Assembly: GCA_037443365.1 (NCBI GenBank)
Contig: JBBIOM010000001.1
Coordinates: 22,442-86,441 of the forward strand
Direction of reading: 5' to 3'
Length of the DNA: 64,000 bases
From: Armatimonadota bacterium
GTDB taxonomy: Bacteria > Sysuimicrobiota > Sysuimicrobiia > Sysuimicrobiales > Humicultoraceae
Each line of letters begins with the position of its first letter. Within the stretch, counting starts at the first letter, position 1. The notes under the pieces were generated by a model. That model ran no database searches, was not told the origin of the DNA, and saw only the letters and a list, made by a program, of their open reading frames with translations. Shown in pieces: positions 29,038 through 39,789 of the stretch. Both the position numbers and the translations under genes were made by a program.

Positions 29038-30189
29038 ATGCGCTGGTTGACTGCGTTGGTCGTGCTCGTTCTCGCAGGCTGTCTGGCAGTACCGGGCAAC
29101 GCCCAGCAGAAGCTCAAGGCCGGGTTCGTGTACGTCGGCCCGATCGGCGACTACGGCTGGACGCACGCCCACGACTTCGCGCGGAAGATCGCGGAGAAGA
29201 AGCTCCCCTGGTTGGAGACGATCTACGTCGAGAAGGTGCCCGAGGGCCAGACCGAGTCGTTCATTGACAAGCTGATCCTGCAGGGCGCGCGGGTGATATT
29301 TACGACCAGCTTTGGGTTCATGGACGGAACGCTGGCCGCCGCCAAGCGTTATCCCAACCACATCTTCGCGCACGCGTCGGGCTTCAAGCGCGCGCCCAAC
29401 GTGGCGACCTACATGGCCGATTTCTACCAAGTGTACTACCTGAACGGCCTGATGGCCGGCGCGGCGACCAAGAGCGGGAAGGTCGGCTATGTGGGCGCCT
29501 TCCCCATTCCCGAAGTGAAGCGCCACATGGGCGCGTTCGCACTGGGCGTCCGTGCGGTGAACCCCAAGGCCACCGTGCACGTCCGGTGGATCTACGAGTG
29601 GTTCAGCCCTACCGCGGCCAAGGAGGCCACCGAGGCCCTGATCGCCGAAGGGGTTGACGTGTTCGCCTTCACCGAGGACACGCCGACGGTCGTGCAGGTG
29701 GCGGCCAAGCGCGGCCTGCCCAGCTTTGGCCACTACTCGCCCATGCACAAGTTCGCCCCCAAGCACATGATCTCGGGTCAGCTCGTGCACTGGGACAAGA
29801 TCTACGTGGACTTCCTGTCCAAGGTCTACGCCGGCAAGTACACCGCGGACAACCTGGCCAAGGTGGACTACTGGTGGCTGCTGGCCGAGGGCGCCGTGGA
29901 GCTGGGCGGCGACTTCGGGGTACCCGTGAATCCCGCGTGGAAGGCCAGACTCCAGGCGGTCCGGGTGGCAACGCCCGACCTGGGCCGGCTCTCGGTCTAC
30001 GACCTGGTCATGAAGCGGCTGGCCCAGATGTCGGATCCCAAGGTGACCTTCGAGCCCTTCACCGGCCCGATCAAGGATCGCAAGGGCGTCCTCCGGGTCC
30101 AGGCCGGAAAGCGCATGACCGTGGGAGAGCTCAACTCCATGGAGTGGGCGGCCCCGGGCATCGTGGGCCCCTGGCCCAAGGAGCCGTAG
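29038..30189 (+). CDS. BMP family ABC transporter substrate-binding protein (purine nucleoside-binding, PnrA-like)
   Basis: Signal peptide (MRWLTALVVLVLAGC) and Bmp fold (GFVYVGPIGDYGWTHAHD). Start at internal ATG behind a GGAGAAGGAGGG RBS. Confidence 0.85.
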   Translation: MRWLTALVVLVLAGCLAVPGNAQQKLKAGFVYVGPIGDYGWTHAHDFARKIAEKKLPWLETIYVEKVPEGQTESFIDKLILQGARVIFTTSFGFMDGTLAAAKRYPNHIFAHASGFKRAPNVATYMADFYQVYYLNGLMAGAATKSGKVGYVGAFPIPEVKRHMGAFALGVRAVNPKATVHVRWIYEWFSPTAAKEATEALIAEGVDVFAFTEDTPTVVQVAAKRGLPSFGHYSPMHKFAPKHMISGQLVHWDKIYVDFLSKVYAGKYTADNLAKVDYWWLLAEGAVELGGDFGVPVNPAWKARLQAVRVATPDLGRLSVYDLVMKRLAQMSDPKVTFEPFTGPIKDRKGVLRVQAGKRMTVGELNSMEWAAPGIVGPWPKEP

Positions 30190-30210
30190 CCCTCTAGAGC
30201 ACTCATCACA

Positions 30211-30258
30211 CCGCGCGGCGGGACGCTCGAGCACACGCTCGGGATGCCCGCCGCGCGA
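30211..30258. terminator. GC-rich stem-loop (11-bp perfect stem CGCGCGGCGGG / CCCGCCGCGCG), candidate bidirectional terminator between the bmp gene and tRNA-Gln
   Basis: Perfect inverted repeat read directly in the sequence; there is no U-tract, as expected in high-GC genomes; coordinates +/-2. Confidence 0.35.
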
Positions 30259-30284
30259 CCTGTTCGAGTTGGGGTCGGCCAATC

Positions 30285-30358
30285 TGGCTGGGGGAGGAGG
30301 ATTCGAACCCCCGCTAACGGGTCCAGAGCCCGTCGTCCTACCGCTAGACGATCCCCCA
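30285..30358 (-). tRNA. tRNA-Gln (anticodon CUG)
   Basis: The reverse complement TGGGGGATCGTCTAGCGGTAGGACGACGGGCTCTGGACCCGTTAGCGGGGGTTCGAATCCTCCTCCCCCAGCCA folds as a cloverleaf with 7-bp acceptor stem, D-loop AGCGGTAGG, anticodon loop CUCUGGA (U33, CUG), T-loop GGTTCGAATCC and encoded CCA. It closely resembles E. coli tRNA-Gln; coordinates +/-2. Confidence 0.8.
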
Positions 30359-30401
30359 GCATGCGGATGCCGCGGGAAGACCGCGGCGCTGCTCTTATTC
30401 G

Positions 30402-30431
30402 ATTATAGTAAAGGGCTCGAAACATGGTCAA
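30402..30431 (-). promoter_or_regulatory. sigma70-type promoter TTGACC-18-TATAAT for tRNA-Gln
   Basis: Near-consensus hexamers ~40 nt upstream of the mature tRNA 5' end, inside the divergent tRNA-Gln/glnS intergenic region. Confidence 0.45.
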
Positions 30432-30462
30432 GCACGGTGTATCCTAGGACGCAGGTGCCATC

Positions 30463-32199
30463 GTGAGCAACGAGACTGGTATGCCTGCAAAGGAGCGGCG
30501 GGTCAGCCCGAACTTCATCACGGAGATCATTGATGAGGATCTCCGCCAGGGACGCGTCGCCAAGATTATCACCCGATTCCCACCCGAGCCCAACGGCTAC
30601 CTGCACATCGGGCACGCCAAGTCGATCTGCCTCAACTTTGGGCTCGCGCTCGACTACGACGGCGAGTGCAACCTGCGCTTCGATGACACCAATCCCGAGA
30701 CCGAGGAAGTCGAGTACGTCGAGGCGATCAGGCGGGACGTGCAGTGGCTGGGCTTCCAGTGGGCAAGGGAGCTCTACGCCTCCGACTACTTCGAGCGCCT
30801 CTTCGCGATGGCGGTGCAGCTCATCCGGGACGGCGTGGCCTACGTTGACAGCCTGAGCGACGAGGAGATCGGAGCGTACCGGGGCAGCGTGGGCAAGCCC
30901 GGCAGGCCGAGCCCCTACCGCGACCGGGGCGTGGAGGAGAACCTGGACCTCTTCGAGCGCATGCGCTCCGGCGAGTTTCCAAACGGCGCCCACGTGCTGC
31001 GGGCCAAGATCGATCTCTCCAGCCCCAACATGAAGATGCGCGATCCGGTGCTCTACCGGATCGTGCACGCCGCGCACTACCGCAGGGGCGAGGCGTGGTG
31101 CATGTACCCTCTCTACGACTTCGCGCACCCTCTGTCGGACGCCATCGAGGGGATCTCGCACAGCATCTGCACGCTTGAGTTCGAGAACAACCGCGCGATC
31201 TACGACTGGCTCCTGGAGAACCTCCGTGGCAAGTGCGGTCTGCCCGAGTCACCCCGTCCGCACCAGTACGAGTTCGCCCGGCTCAACCTGGACTACACGG
31301 TGCTCTCGAAGCGAAAGCTGATCCGGCTGGTGGAAGCAGGGCTCGTAGAGGGGTGGGACGATCCGCGCATGCCCACCATCTCGGGGCTGCGGCGGCGCGG
31401 GGTCAGGGCCTGTGCGATCCGGGAGTTCGCCAATCGCATCGGCGTGGCCAAGGCGAACAGCCGCGTGGACGTGGCGATCTTCGAGTCGGCCGTGCGCGAC
31501 GACCTCAACTTCAGCGCCCCGCGCGTGCTCGCGGTGCTCAGGCCGCTTAAGGTCACGATCACCAACTTCCCCGAAGGTGAGGTCCGGCACCTCGATGCGC
31601 CCTACTGGCCACACGACGTTCCAAGGGAGGGCTCGAGGGTTGTGCCGTTCTCGCGAGACCTCTACATCGAGCGCGACGACTTCATGGAAGACCCGCCCAA
31701 GGGGTTCCACCGCCTGGCCCCGGGCGGCCTGGTGCGCCTGCGGCATGCCTACGTGATACGCTGCGACGAGGTTGTGCGCGACGCCTCGGGTGAGGTCGCG
31801 GACCTGCGTTGCACGTACGATCCAGAGACACTGGGCCAGCGGCCCGCAGGCGGCCCGGTTCGGGGCGCCATCCACTGGGTGTCCGTCCCGCACGCGGTAG
31901 GGATCGAGGCGCGCCTCTACGACCGCCTGTTCCGCGTGCCCGACCCCGAGGCGGCCGGGGGCGAGTTCACGGACCACCTGAACCCCGAGTCGCTGACAGT
32001 CACCCGCGGCTGCATCGAGCCCAGCGTGATGGATGATCCCCCGGATACGCGGTACCAGTTCGAGCGCCTGGGCTACTTCTGGCAGGACCCGGTTGACTCG
32101 GGGCCCGGACGCCTGGTCTTCAACCGAATAGTGGCGCTGCGCGACTCCTGGGCGAAAGCAAGGGAAAGGCTCGGGGCAGGGCAGGGGCGCGCAGGCTAA
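30463..32199 (+). CDS. glnS: glutamine--tRNA ligase
   Basis: 578 aa class I aaRS with HIGH ([13 protein letters not shown]) and KMSKS-like (VLSKRK) motifs and GlnRS-specific anticodon-binding beta-barrels. GTG start sits behind an AGGTG SD; an ATG 18 nt downstream is the alternative. Confidence 0.9.
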   Translation: MSNETGMPAKERRVSPNFITEIIDEDLRQGRVAKIITRFPPEPNGYLHIGHAKSICLNFGLALDYDGECNLRFDDTNPETEEVEYVEAIRRDVQWLGFQWARELYASDYFERLFAMAVQLIRDGVAYVDSLSDEEIGAYRGSVGKPGRPSPYRDRGVEENLDLFERMRSGEFPNGAHVLRAKIDLSSPNMKMRDPVLYRIVHAAHYRRGEAWCMYPLYDFAHPLSDAIEGISHSICTLEFENNRAIYDWLLENLRGKCGLPESPRPHQYEFARLNLDYTVLSKRKLIRLVEAGLVEGWDDPRMPTISGLRRRGVRACAIREFANRIGVAKANSRVDVAIFESAVRDDLNFSAPRVLAVLRPLKVTITNFPEGEVRHLDAPYWPHDVPREGSRVVPFSRDLYIERDDFMEDPPKGFHRLAPGGLVRLRHAYVIRCDEVVRDASGEVADLRCTYDPETLGQRPAGGPVRGAIHWVSVPHAVGIEARLYDRLFRVPDPEAAGGEFTDHLNPESLTVTRGCIEPSVMDDPPDTRYQFERLGYFWQDPVDSGPGRLVFNRIVALRDSWAKARERLGAGQGRAG

Positions 32200-32654
32200 C
32201 CCTCCAACCCCAGGTGGCGCCGGCACGCCTGGATGAATCCCAGCCACACGTCATCGAGATCCCAGAAGCGCCGGGCGTGCGCGTCCGCCTGCTCCACGGT
32301 CCAACCGAGGCGCGCCTGACCGTACAGCGCCACGAAGCTCGACACCCGGTAGTTGGCCGCGCAGTGTACGAACCTCTTCTTGGTCCTGCAGCGATCCATC
32401 AGGTCTATGAACCGCAGGAAGTCTTCTACCGCCGGGGCGTCGAACTTCACAGGGATCGCGTGGTACTCCAGCCCAAGCGCCCCTACCAAACCGGCCTCGT
32501 CCGGAAGGCAGTACCTGGGATCCAGGAGCCCCAGGTTCACCACCACCTCATAGCCGGATGCGGCCACCACGCGTAGCTGATCCTCGGTGGGCTGGCCCGC
32601 GGTGCCCAGGCGCTCGTCAACCAGGTAGAAGTTCTTGATATCCTCGACCGTCAT
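32196..32654 (-). CDS. PTP-like phosphatase family protein (DUF442/TIGR01244-like)
   Basis: 152 aa with a P-loop-like HCAANYRVS motif; convergent with glnS, overlapping by 4 nt. Confidence 0.55.
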   Translation of the reverse strand: MTVEDIKNFYLVDERLGTAGQPTEDQLRVVAASGYEVVVNLGLLDPRYCLPDEAGLVGALGLEYHAIPVKFDAPAVEDFLRFIDLMDRCRTKKRFVHCAANYRVSSFVALYGQARLGWTVEQADAHARRFWDLDDVWLGFIQACRRHLGLEG

Positions 32655-32674
32655 CCTCGCCCCGTGCCTCCCAG

Positions 32675-33901
32675 CTACTCGTACACCTTCTCCTCGGTTC
32701 GATCCGCCTCAGCGGCGTCCGCCTCGACGTCCCGCCCGGGGGCGGGTAGTCCCAGTTCCTTGAAGTACTCGTGCTGGATCACCAGGTTCATGACCTCGTT
32801 TGTGCCGGTCCATATCATGGCCAGGCGCGTGTCGCGCAGCAGCCGCTCAATGGGATAGACGCTGGTGTAGCCTATGCCGCCCATGATCTGCATGGCATGA
32901 TTCACCACCTCCCATGCGGTGTCGGTGGCGAACTTCTTGGACTCGGACACGAGCCGGCGCAGGTAGCCCGGATCAGCGCCGGCGTCAACGGCGTGCGCGG
33001 TCGCATGCACGAGTGCCCGAGCGGCATCCAGGCGCGTGAGGGCGTCAGCCACCTTGAAGCTGACTCCCTGGAAGGTACGGATCTTCTGGCCGAAGGCCTT
33101 CCGCTGACCGCTGTACCGGGCCGCGATCTCCAGGGCCGCCCTGGCCGTGCCCAGTACGCCCGCGGCGCTCGTCAGGCGCTCGGGGATCATCATCCGGTAG
33201 AAGACGTCGGCTCCACGGTTCTCCTCGCCGACCACGTTCTGCGCTGGGACCACCGCGTCACGGAAGTAGACGCGCCCGGCGCCGCCGCCGCGCGTGCCCA
33301 TCAGGCCGTAGACATGCTGGACCTCCACGCCGGGCCCGCGCTCAACAATGAAGGCTGTCAGCGACTGATGGCCAGGGGCGTCGTCGCGTGTGCGCGCGTA
33401 CACCAGGAAGTAGTCGGCGCCTTCCGCGCCGACTATGAATCGCTTCTGCCCCCGCAGAATGAAGGCGTCTCCGTCACGCCGGGCACTGGTCGTGGCCCCG
33501 AAGAAGTCGGAGCCGCCCCGGGGCTCGGTCAATGCCTCTGCCACGGTCAGCCGGGCCTCGATGGCCGGGCGGAGCCAGCGTGCCTTCTGGGCGGGCGAGC
33601 CGAAGACGCTCAGGGCCTCGCCCACTATGCTGACGAGCGAGTACAGGCACGAAAGCGACCCTCCCAGGACGCCCATCTCCTCCAGCGCCACCACCTCTTC
33701 TGCCCAGCCCAGGCCGCGCCCCCCAAACTCCTCAGGAAAGCGCAGGCCCAGCAGGCGGCGCCGCGCCGCGGCTTCCAGGAATCCCCTTGGATAGTGGACG
33801 CGCTCGGCGTCCATGTCCAGGATGAGCTGCCTGGGCACGTCGTCGCGCACGAAGGAACGGGCCTCGTCACGCAGTTGCTGCTGGCGTTCCGACAGCACCA
33901 T
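32675..33901 (-). CDS. acyl-CoA dehydrogenase family protein
   Basis: 408 aa with ACAD N-terminal, middle and C-terminal domains (catalytic-base region YPIERLLRD). Confidence 0.9.
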   Translation of the reverse strand: MVLSERQQQLRDEARSFVRDDVPRQLILDMDAERVHYPRGFLEAAARRRLLGLRFPEEFGGRGLGWAEEVVALEEMGVLGGSLSCLYSLVSIVGEALSVFGSPAQKARWLRPAIEARLTVAEALTEPRGGSDFFGATTSARRDGDAFILRGQKRFIVGAEGADYFLVYARTRDDAPGHQSLTAFIVERGPGVEVQHVYGLMGTRGGGAGRVYFRDAVVPAQNVVGEENRGADVFYRMMIPERLTSAAGVLGTARAALEIAARYSGQRKAFGQKIRTFQGVSFKVADALTRLDAARALVHATAHAVDAGADPGYLRRLVSESKKFATDTAWEVVNHAMQIMGGIGYTSVYPIERLLRDTRLAMIWTGTNEVMNLVIQHEYFKELGLPAPGRDVEADAAEADRTEEKVYE

Positions 33902-33912
33902 GGCGCCCTCTC

Positions 33913-35403
33913 CTATCCGGCCCCTGCGCCCGAGCCTCCCGCCGCCAGGACGGCGGCGCGACGCAACCGCTCGAGGGCACGTTCACGTCCCAGGACTTCC
34001 ATCAACTCAAAGAGACCCGGGCCTGCGGTCCTTCCTGTGAGAGCCACGCGCGCGGGATGCACGAGGGCCCGGGCTTCCACACCCGCGTCCGCACAGACCC
34101 CGCGGAGCACAGCCTCGATCGGGCCGCGGTCAAACGGCTCCAGGCCTTCCAGCCCCGCGGCCAGGGCCTCCAGCAGCGGGGCCGAGGCGGGCTGCAGGTG
34201 ACGTGACGCGGCCTCGGGATCGTAGACGGGCTCGCGGAAGAAATAGTCGCCGTAGATCATGACATCGCCGGCGGTCTTCAGCCGGTCCCCTACCACCCCG
34301 ACCACCTGCCCCAGGTACTGCCGCTGCTGCGATGTCATCCCACCCGCAAGCAGCCCCTCGCGCTCCAGGATGCGGGCGCACATCTCGACGACGCGGTTGC
34401 GGTCGTTCTCCACAAGCCGGCGCATGTACACGCCGTTCAGCCAGGTCAGCTTGTCGAGGTCGAAGATCGGCGAGGAACGACCCACGTCCTCGAGCCGAAA
34501 ACCCTGGATCAGCTCCCCCAGCGCGTATACCTCGCGCTCCGCCTCGGGATGCCAGGCCATGAGCGCGAAGAAGTTCAGGATAGCCTCGGGCAGGAATCCC
34601 TGGCTGCGGTAGTCGCGCACGGCGGTGTCGCCGTGGCGCTTGCTGAGCTTCTTGCGGTCTGCGCCCAGGATCGTGGGCAGGTGCGCCACGGCCGGCGGCG
34701 TCCAGCCCAGGGCACGGTACATCACGAGCTGCTTGGGCGTGTTCGAGAGATGCTCGCTGCCGCGGATGATGTGCGTGATCTGCATGAGGTGGTCGTCCAC
34801 CACGTTCGCGAAGTTGTACAGCGGCGTGCCGTCCGAGCGGGCAATGATGTAGTCGTCGAGGTGCTCGGGCTCGAAGACCACGCGCCCGCGCACCAGGTCG
34901 TCCACGACTATGGGCTCACTCGACCCGGTCACCCGCAGCCGCAGCGAAGGCCGGCGTCCCGACGCCTCAAGGGCCGTGCGCTCGGACGGCATGCGATCGC
35001 GGCACCTGCCCGAGTAGCGGTGGGATCGTCCCGCAGACGAAGCCCGCGCTCGATCGGACTCCAACTCCTCGGGCGTGCAGTAGCAGGGATAGGCCGCGTC
35101 GCGGTCCAGCAGCGCCTGCGCGTAGCGCGCGTAGAGCGCCGTGCGCTCGGTCTGCCGGTAGGGCCCCAGGGGGCCTCCCACGTCAGGACCCTCGTCCCAG
35201 GTTATCCCCAGCCAGCCGAAGTCCGCGAAGATCGAATCCTCGTACTCCTGGGTGGAGCGCGTCCGGTCGGTGTCCTCCACCCTGAGAATGAACACCCCGC
35301 GGTGATTGCGGGCGTGCAGCCAGTTGAAGAACGCCATCCACGCCCCGCCCATGTGCAGATAGCCGGTAGGGGACGGTGCGTAGCGCGTGCGGATCTGGGG
35401 CAT
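33913..35403 (-). CDS. gltX: glutamate--tRNA ligase
   Basis: HIGH region ([12 protein letters not shown]) and KMSKS (KLSKRHG). Start at internal ATG ([14 protein letters not shown]); the upstream 22 aa of the track ORF are non-coding. Confidence 0.9.
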   Translation of the reverse strand: MPQIRTRYAPSPTGYLHMGGAWMAFFNWLHARNHRGVFILRVEDTDRTRSTQEYEDSIFADFGWLGITWDEGPDVGGPLGPYRQTERTALYARYAQALLDRDAAYPCYCTPEELESDRARASSAGRSHRYSGRCRDRMPSERTALEASGRRPSLRLRVTGSSEPIVVDDLVRGRVVFEPEHLDDYIIARSDGTPLYNFANVVDDHLMQITHIIRGSEHLSNTPKQLVMYRALGWTPPAVAHLPTILGADRKKLSKRHGDTAVRDYRSQGFLPEAILNFFALMAWHPEAEREVYALGELIQGFRLEDVGRSSPIFDLDKLTWLNGVYMRRLVENDRNRVVEMCARILEREGLLAGGMTSQQRQYLGQVVGVVGDRLKTAGDVMIYGDYFFREPVYDPEAASRHLQPASAPLLEALAAGLEGLEPFDRGPIEAVLRGVCADAGVEARALVHPARVALTGRTAGPGLFELMEVLGRERALERLRRAAVLAAGGSGAGAG

Positions 35404-35410
35404 GCCGGAA

Positions 35411-36364
35411 TCAGACGAACAGCAAACTGACGGATTGGTTGAGGTGGATGCGGCGAATCGCCTCGGCAAGAAGGGGTGCGGCCGAGAGCAGGGTGACCTT
35501 CGCGGGCGCCCCGCCCACAGGCAGCGGGATGGTGTTGGTGACGATCACCTCGCGGATCTCGGGCCGGGACAGGCGCTCGAACGCGGGACCCGCAAAGACA
35601 GGGTGGGTCGCGCACACGTGGATCTCGGGCACGCATCCCTGTGCGAGCAGCACGTCCATGGCCCGGTCCACCGTTCCGGCCGTGTCAATGATGTCCTCAA
35701 TGAGTATCGGCGTCCTGCCCTGCACGTCGCCGACCACCTGTATCGGCTCCTTGGCGTCCGCGCCGACGCGCCGCTGGAAGATCACGGCAAGGGGCAGGTT
35801 GAGCCGGTCGGCGAGCTGCTTGCTACGACGCACCGCGCCGTCGTCAGGGGCCACGACCACACCGTTCGTCAGGCTCTTGCGTGCCAGGTAGTCGGCGAAC
35901 AGGGGAAGCGCCCGAAGGTGGTCCACCGGGATCGTGAAGAAGCCCTCGATCTGGCCGGCGTGGAGATCAACGGTCAAGACCCGGCTGACCCCCGCCGTTG
36001 TCAGCAGGTCGGCCACGAGGCGTCCGGTGATCGGCTCGCGGGGCGCGTCCTTCTTGTCCTTGCGGCCGTAGCCGTAGTAGGGAATCACGGCGGTGATGCG
36101 GCCGGCCGACGCGCGGCGGAGCGCGTCCACCATGATCAGGAGCTCCATCAGGTGCTCGTTGACCGGGTGGCACGTGGACTGCACGACGAAGGCGTCCTCG
36201 CCGCGCGCGTTCTCCTCGAAGCGGCAGTAGACCTCGCCGTCGGCGAAGCGCGTCAGCATCACCTGTCCCTGCGGGATGGACAGGTAACCGGCTATCTCTC
36301 GGGCCAGGCTGGGCACCGAGCTTCCGCAGAAGAGCTTCAGTTTCGCCAGATCGGCATCTTCCAT
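35411..36364 (-). CDS. prs: ribose-phosphate pyrophosphokinase
   Basis: 317 aa with PRPP synthetase signature (DLHAGQIEGFF, VVAPDDGAVRR). Confidence 0.9.
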   Translation of the reverse strand: MEDADLAKLKLFCGSSVPSLAREIAGYLSIPQGQVMLTRFADGEVYCRFEENARGEDAFVVQSTCHPVNEHLMELLIMVDALRRASAGRITAVIPYYGYGRKDKKDAPREPITGRLVADLLTTAGVSRVLTVDLHAGQIEGFFTIPVDHLRALPLFADYLARKSLTNGVVVAPDDGAVRRSKQLADRLNLPLAVIFQRRVGADAKEPIQVVGDVQGRTPILIEDIIDTAGTVDRAMDVLLAQGCVPEIHVCATHPVFAGPAFERLSRPEIREVIVTNTIPLPVGGAPAKVTLLSAAPLLAEAIRRIHLNQSVSLLFV

Positions 36365-36373
36365 TGACGCCGG

Positions 36374-36637
36374 CTACCGCGGCTCCACGAGGAACTTGAT
36401 CGCCGTCCGTTCCTCCCCGTCTATCATGACCTTCGCAAAGGCCGGGATGGCCACGAGATCTATCCCGTTGGGAGCGACATACCCCCGGGAGATGGCGATC
36501 GCCTTGACCGCCTGGTTCACCGCGCCCGCGCCAATGGCCTGTATCTCAACCGAGCCCTTCTCGCGCACAACCGCGGCCATTGCGCCGGCCACTGCCTTGG
36601 GCTTGGAATCGGCGGAGACCTTGAGCACCTCCGGCAT
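36374..36637 (-). CDS. spoVS: SpoVS family protein (stage V sporulation protein S homolog)
   Basis: 87 aa, near full-length identity pattern with SpoVS (KVSA.SKPKAVAGA.A..VRE.G.VE.QAIGAGAVNQAVKAIAI.RG). GAGGAGG RBS upstream. Confidence 0.85.
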   Translation of the reverse strand: MPEVLKVSADSKPKAVAGAMAAVVREKGSVEIQAIGAGAVNQAVKAIAISRGYVAPNGIDLVAIPAFAKVMIDGEERTAIKFLVEPR

Positions 36638-36754
36638 GGTGGAAGGCGCCTCCTCGAATGCAGCGATGAGAGCGTGCGTCGTCAGTTGGTTCTGGAGGGC
36701 TATTCCGTTCGCCGCACCGGAACTCCTGCCTGATGCATACGCGCCGGATCCGGC

Positions 36755-37915
36755 TCAGGCAGGGGCTGACAGGAGCAGCGCTGCCACCCGGCCGATGCTG
36801 GCAGATGCAGCCGCTGCCAGGTCCGCGGCGGCCGCTCTCTGGCGCAGGCGTGCTTCGGCGCGCGAGCGCCAGGCGGCGGCGAGCGCCGCCTCGATCTCCT
36901 GCTCTGTGGCGCTCAGACCAAGCGGTGCAGGCAGGCCCGCCCTGGCGGCGAAGGCGGTCACCTTGGGATCGTAGGCCAGGGCCAACGCGGGCACGCCCTG
37001 CATCGTTGCGAAGATGAGGGCGTGCAGGCGCACGCCCAGCACCAGGTCCATGGCTCCCACGAGGCCGAGCAGGTCCTGCGGGGATGAGGCCGGCACGACG
37101 CGCCCGCCCGAGGCCGAAGCCAGGGCACGGCTGATTTCCATGTCGCGGGCGTGGTCAAACGGCAGGACGGCGATCCGTGCGCCGTGCGTCGCGGCAAAGC
37201 GCCTCAGGCCCCGGCCGATGCCGGAGACATCTACCAGGCCCTTCCAGGGGCGCACGACCGCTCCCAGGCGCGGGCCTGGGGCGGCCAGGCCGGAAGCGGC
37301 CAGCAGCTCCTCCGCGTGCCCTGGCGGCGGAGCAGGCATCAGCGCGGCCAGATCGGCCCCCACGTCCACCCTGCGGCTCACCCCCATCGCCCGCAGTTCT
37401 GCGGCCGAGGCAGGATCGCGCACATCGATCGCCTGGGCCCGCTCGAACGCGGCGGCAGCCAGATACCTCACCCACGCCCGCCTGACCGGGCCGATCCCCT
37501 GCCCCACGACCACGAGCGGAACCCGGCGCAGTGAAGCCGCGAACATCACGCCGACGTAGTAGAGGGCGCTGCGCGCGCTGGTCGCATCCTGGACCAAGGA
37601 TCCGCCTCCACTGATCAGCATGCGCGCGTCCCCGAGCGCCTGCCAGACGGCAAGCGGGGTGCGCGGGCGCGCCTCCACGCCGTGCAGCGCCGCGGTCCCG
37701 GCCGGATCGGCGGAGAGCACGACCAGACGCTGGGCGGCTCCGGCAGCCCGCAGCCCGACGATCAGCCCGGACAGGACGGCCTCGTCGCCCAGGTTGCCGC
37801 AGCCGTAGTAGCCGAGAACTAGGACCGGACCGGTCGCCGCGACAGCCAGAGGAGCACCAGAACCGCGGGGACGGCCAGGATCGCGCCCAACAGGAGCGCA
37901 TTGGCCGTCCGCCAC
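36755..37915 (-). CDS. csaB: polysaccharide pyruvyl transferase CsaB (start uncertain)
   Basis: The C-terminal 362 aa (from ...PVLVLGYYGCGNLGDEAVL) match CsaB full length. There is no ATG/GTG/TTG between the conserved N-terminus and the upstream gene stop. The nearest in-frame GTG is at 37915, which would overlap the upstream gene by ~97 nt. Confidence 0.7.
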   Translation of the reverse strand: MADGQCAPVGRDPGRPRGSGAPLAVAATGPVLVLGYYGCGNLGDEAVLSGLIVGLRAAGAAQRLVVLSADPAGTAALHGVEARPRTPLAVWQALGDARMLISGGGSLVQDATSARSALYYVGVMFAASLRRVPLVVVGQGIGPVRRAWVRYLAAAAFERAQAIDVRDPASAAELRAMGVSRRVDVGADLAALMPAPPPGHAEELLAASGLAAPGPRLGAVVRPWKGLVDVSGIGRGLRRFAATHGARIAVLPFDHARDMEISRALASASGGRVVPASSPQDLLGLVGAMDLVLGVRLHALIFATMQGVPALALAYDPKVTAFAARAGLPAPLGLSATEQEIEAALAAAWRSRAEARLRQRAAAADLAAAASASIGRVAALLLSAPA

Positions 37916-39789
37916 GCCGTGTAGAGCAAAGGGGTGTGCAGGTGCGAGAACGAGTTGATCGCGCCGGCGGTGCCGATGGCACCCACGAGCGCGAACGCCA
38001 GGGTGACGCGCCTCCATCCAAGGGAAGCCGCTGCGCCGGCTACTGCCAGCGCCGGATAGCCGATCAGGAACTCCTTGGTCCTGGGGCGCGCCACGAGCAG
38101 CCGCTCCAGCACCGTCCGTATGTGCTGTTCGGCCTCGGCCAGGGGCAGGCCTATGTTGCCGGTGCGCACCAGCAGCATGATGGCCGCAAGCCCTGCGGCC
38201 AGCGCGACCAGCGCTGCCCCCAGGCGGAGTGGCTGGGCCACCCAGCCGCCAAGCTCCTGGACCGTGGCCCTCCAGTCGCCGTGGCGCCGCTGGTCGAAGG
38301 CCAGCATCAGGGCGACAAGCGCGACCGGCGCCACGTGCGCCGCCTTCACCCCCAGAAATGTGGAGAAGGCCAGCATGAACTCCCACCCGCCAAGCAGCGC
38401 GGCGACGAATGCGCCGGCGGCGACCGCCGCTGCCACGGCGCGAAGGAGCGTACCCCATCCTGCCAGAACCACCCCAAAGCCCGCCCTCTCGACGCGCGGC
38501 AGCGCCCAGACGGCCGCGCCGGACGCGCCGGCGATGGCAACACCCAGCGCCAGAACCTGCCTCCAGATGGGGTCGAACCGCGTGAGCCCGGCGAGCGCCG
38601 TCAGCAGCACGGCAACACCCAGGAACGCCGCTTGCGCGCCGCGCGCAACAGGCACCCCGAGTCGCTGCGCCAAGTCGTCGGCGACCAGCAGGCACAGCGC
38701 GGCGGCCCCGAGTGCGGCGATCCAGATCAGTGGAGGGGGCAGGTCTAGCGGCGGAAGCGGCCGCGCCCGGCCCGTGGCGTATCCCAGCGTCCGCAGCTTC
38801 TGCGCCACCGCGTCGACCACGCCCAGGTTGATCTCCAGCGCCGGCGTCCCGGCAGGCGTCATCAGCATCGGCCGGACGTAGAGCAGCCGGATGTTGCGCT
38901 CCACCGCCGCGCGCACGAACTTGTCCACTACCTCGCCGGGCTGCAGCGTCAGCAACTCCTCCGGGGTGATGCTGAAGACGCGGATCACCGATGGGCGCAT
39001 CAGCGCTGTGAGGCGATCCTCGCCCTTCTGCTTTCGGCGCGCGGTGAACACCTCGATGCGGCCGTAGCGGGCCCCGATGCGCTGGTAGGCGGCCGCCGCG
39101 TCTGCCAGTAGCCCCTCATGGCCCTGGACCTCGGTGAGGGCGAAGATCAGCGTTGGCTGCGAAGCGGTCGCGGCATAGCCTTCGATCACCGCCTGGAGGC
39201 TTTCGGGCGTAAGCCCGCGGTAGTTGCGCGGACGCAGCACGACCCCGAGCCCCGCATCCCGGTAGGGGGCGGCGTCAGCGGGCCGGAACCCCAGGCCCAG
39301 TTCTTCGAGGTCGAGCACGGTGCCCAGGACCTCGATGGCGCCGTCGGTCGCGCGTACCCTCTCGGGACCAAGTAGCGTGGTCAGGCTGCCCGACACGAAC
39401 CCGAGCGCGTCCGGCGCCCCTGCGATGTAGACCGCGTCGGGGCGCAGCGCGCCCCTCGCGCGCAACTCGCCGAAGGGCTCCCGCAGGGCGACCATCCTTC
39501 CCGCGGAAGCGAGCTGGCCGCCGCCGGCGTAGCTGATCAGGCCTTCCTCGGAGAGGCGCTTGAGCGTGTTGTCGGACAGCGCCACCGAGACGGCGCCGTG
39601 CTGCCGCAGACCTGCCATGACCTCAGGCACGGAGCGTCCCTCGCGCCGGATCAGAGACACCCAGTCGTCACCGTCCAGCACGATCTCGACGGCGCGGTAC
39701 CTGGACTCGAGGCGGTGACGCATGGCCAGCGCGGCCGCGGACGCCAGAAGACCGATCACAACCAGCCAGATCAGGGCGCGGCGCGTCAC
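37819..39789 (-). CDS. large membrane protein, CsaB-associated (DUF5693-like): N-terminal TM + ~330 aa extracytoplasmic domain + ~10 TM C-terminal domain
   Basis: 656 aa; my domain recollection (DUF5693 neighbouring csaB in Firmicutes) is not certain. ATGA overlap with the downstream DUF2993-like gene start. Confidence 0.55.
   Translation of the reverse strand: MTRRALIWLVVIGLLASAAALAMRHRLESRYRAVEIVLDGDDWVSLIRREGRSVPEVMAGLRQHGAVSVALSDNTLKRLSEEGLISYAGGGQLASAGRMVALREPFGELRARGALRPDAVYIAGAPDALGFVSGSLTTLLGPERVRATDGAIEVLGTVLDLEELGLGFRPADAAPYRDAGLGVVLRPRNYRGLTPESLQAVIEGYAATASQPTLIFALTEVQGHEGLLADAAAAYQRIGARYGRIEVFTARRKQKGEDRLTALMRPSVIRVFSITPEELLTLQPGEVVDKFVRAAVERNIRLLYVRPMLMTPAGTPALEINLGVVDAVAQKLRTLGYATGRARPLPPLDLPPPLIWIAALGAAALCLLVADDLAQRLGVPVARGAQAAFLGVAVLLTALAGLTRFDPIWRQVLALGVAIAGASGAAVWALPRVERAGFGVVLAGWGTLLRAVAAAVAAGAFVAALLGGWEFMLAFSTFLGVKAAHVAPVALVALMLAFDQRRHGDWRATVQELGGWVAQPLRLGAALVALAAGLAAIMLLVRTGNIGLPLAEAEQHIRTVLERLLVARPRTKEFLIGYPALAVAGAAASLGWRRVTLAFALVGAIGTAGAINSFSHLHTPLLYTAWRTANALLLGAILAVPAVLVLLWLSRRPVRS

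Noticed and set aside
36638-36754. 12-nt perfect palindrome GCCGGATCCGGC right after the csaB stop as a possible regulatory operator
   Set aside because: It is a single short GC palindrome with no second copy. It is more likely a weak post-gene hairpin, and evidence is insufficient to call it a feature.
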